Part shown: positions 49,114 through 50,718 of the stretch, one piece after another | How the letters are laid out: every line of letters begins with the position of its first letter | How positions within the stretch are numbered: position 1 is the stretch's first letter | Origin: Limisphaerales bacterium | GTDB lineage: Bacteria > Verrucomicrobiota > Verrucomicrobiia > Limisphaerales > SIBE01 | Direction of reading: 5' to 3' | Assembly (NCBI GenBank): GCA_044225505.1 | Contig: JBGAIN010000041.1 | Coordinates: 1-50,718, forward strand | Length of the DNA: 50,718 bases | Program-made: the position numbers and the translations under genes | The notes under the pieces: generated by a model | Databases searched by the model: none | Told to the model about the DNA's origin: nothing | Seen by the model: only the letters and a program-made list of their open reading frames with translations

Positions 49114-49980
49114 ATGCGAATTGTCAGGTCTTTAGCGGGAATGCAACGATGGGCGCGAGATGCGCGCAAACGCCTGGTCCAGACGGCGTTTGTCCCGACC
49201 ATGGGTTCTTTGCATGCGGGACACATGGCGTTAGTAGCTCGGGCTCGGAAACTGGTCGGGCCTTCCGGTCGAGTGGTTGTCAGCATTTATGTGAATCCAA
49301 CGCAGTTTGGCCCGAAAGAGGACTTTTCCAAGTACCCTCGCGATCTCAAGGGCGACGCGGCGCTCTGCCGCCGAGCGGGGGTCGATTTAATCTTTGCACC
49401 GTCGGACCGAGCGATGTACCCGGAAAACGGCCGCGACCGGTTTAGCACCTTTGTGGTGGAGGAGAATCTGTCGCAGGGGATGGAGGGAGCATCCCGCCCG
49501 ACGCATTTCCGCGGGGTCACGACAGTGGTGACGAAGCTGTTCCACATGGTGGACCCGGACGTGGCGGTGTTCGGACAGAAAGATTATCAGCAAGCGGCGG
49601 TCATCCAGCGCATGGCAAGGGATTTGAACTTCCGCGTTCGGATTGTGGTGGCTCCCACCCATCGAGAGTCGGACGGATTGGCAATGAGTTCGCGCAACCG
49701 GTACTTATCCCAAGCGGAGCGGGAGCAAGCGGTGGTTCTATGGGAAGCGCTGCAAATCGCAAAGCGATCGGTTCGAGAAAACCGCGGCGGATTGCGCGAG
49801 GAGGTATTGCGACGGCGTTTGACACAGTGGATTGAGCGGCATCCCGCAGCGCGCGTCGATTACATTTCCATTTTTGATCCGGTGACGTTAAACCCTGTGA
49901 AGCAAGCGGGACGAGGAGTGCATTTAGCGATGGCGGTGTGGATGGGGCGAACGCGATTAATTGACAACATTCGGCTGTAA
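49114..49980 (+). CDS. panC: Pantoate--beta-alanine ligase
   Basis: VPTMGSLHAGH, SIYVNPTQF, RPTHFRGV, FGQKDYQQ, RESDGLAMSSRN, RLIDN. Confidence 0.98.
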   Translation: MRIVRSLAGMQRWARDARKRLVQTAFVPTMGSLHAGHMALVARARKLVGPSGRVVVSIYVNPTQFGPKEDFSKYPRDLKGDAALCRRAGVDLIFAPSDRAMYPENGRDRFSTFVVEENLSQGMEGASRPTHFRGVTTVVTKLFHMVDPDVAVFGQKDYQQAAVIQRMARDLNFRVRIVVAPTHRESDGLAMSSRNRYLSQAEREQAVVLWEALQIAKRSVRENRGGLREEVLRRRLTQWIERHPAARVDYISIFDPVTLNPVKQAGRGVHLAMAVWMGRTRLIDNIRL

Positions 49981-50014
49981 AACGATTGGAACGTCGGTGC
50001 GGTAAGGTTGCACT

Positions 50015-50718
50015 ATGTCAAAAACGTATCGGCAATTCGATTTTTTGGTTTTGGGCAGCGGCATCGCCGGGCTGACCTTTGCACTGCAAGTTGCCGCGCA
50101 TGGCCGGGTCGCGATTATTACCAAAAAGAACCGCGCCGAATCGAACACCAATTACGCGCAAGGCGGCATTGCCGCAGTCACGTCGAAGGAAGATTCGTTT
50201 GAGATGCATGTCCGGGACACGCTGGAGGCCGGGGCGGGTCTCTGCAAAGAGCAAGTCGTGCGAGCGATCGTGGAGGAGGGGCCAGCGCGCATCGGGGAGT
50301 TAATCGAGTTGGGGATGAAATTCTCCGAACGCGAATTGCCACGCTCTCAAGGGGGGCGAGAGCTCGATTTGGGGAAAGAAGGAGGGCATTCGAAGCGGCG
50401 GATTTTGCACGCCAAAGACGTGACAGGACGCGAGATCGAGCACGCGCTGCTTGAGGCGGTGGCGGCGAGACCTAACATCGAGATTTTTGAAAACCATTTT
50501 GCGATCGACCTGATCACGACGCACAAGCTTGGATTTCCAGGGGTCAACCGGTGCTTGGGAGTCTACGTTTTGGCCCAATCGGACCAACGAGTTCATACCT
50601 TTGTTGCTTCCTGCGTAGTGCTAGCGACGGGAGGCTGTGGCAAAGTTTATCTTTATACGACAAATCCGGATATTGCGACGGGCGACGGGGCGGCGATGGC
50701 CTACCGTGCCGGGACGGC
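50015..50718 (+). CDS. nadB: L-aspartate oxidase, truncated by the window edge
   Basis: Manual translation: MSKTYRQFDFLVLGSGIAGL, SNTNYAQGGIAAV, EGGHSKRRILHAKDVTG, LATGGCGKVYLYTTNPDIATGDG. Confidence 0.95.
   Translation, partial: MSKTYRQFDFLVLGSGIAGLTFALQVAAHGRVAIITKKNRAESNTNYAQGGIAAVTSKEDSFEMHVRDTLEAGAGLCKEQVVRAIVEEGPARIGELIELGMKFSERELPRSQGGRELDLGKEGGHSKRRILHAKDVTGREIEHALLEAVAARPNIEIFENHFAIDLITTHKLGFPGVNRCLGVYVLAQSDQRVHTFVASCVVLATGGCGKVYLYTTNPDIATGDGAAMAYRAGT

Overview
GC-rich bacterial chromosomal segment, most likely Verrucomicrobiota (Pedosphaerales/Limisphaerales-like). This assignment is inferred from the prepilin/H-X9-DG proteins, the long-form GreA, a secreted protein ending in an 'RFFRL' tail and the REP-like palindromes. 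Most genes are housekeeping: tal, an animal-like tkt, uvrB, greA, aroB, accD, trpG/pabA, mqnD, alaS, glycerate kinase, a PfkB kinase, panC and nadB. They are interspersed with secreted or envelope proteins: IPT/TIG, CusF-SCO, DsbD-like, Zn-metalloprotease, CotH, DUF3179, CRTAC1/ASPIC-UnbV, DUF481 and three prepilin-like proteins. The most unusual structures are non-coding. (i) A four-helix-bundle (23S rRNA IVP-like) gene is bracketed by mutually inverted GATTAC-based repeats, including a ~16 x 18-bp array. (ii) An IS200-like Y1 transposase sits between two 202-bp near-identical self-palindromic direct repeats. (iii) An inverted array of 11-bp units forms an ~87-bp palindrome. (iv) A TIR-bounded MITE-like element has a second partial copy, and several REP-like clusters are present. 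Broken reading frames at ~22.3 kb and 32.8-36.4 kb probably reflect sequencing or assembly error. No rRNA, tRNA or CRISPR array was recognised. All family assignments are from motif recognition by eye; no searches were run.
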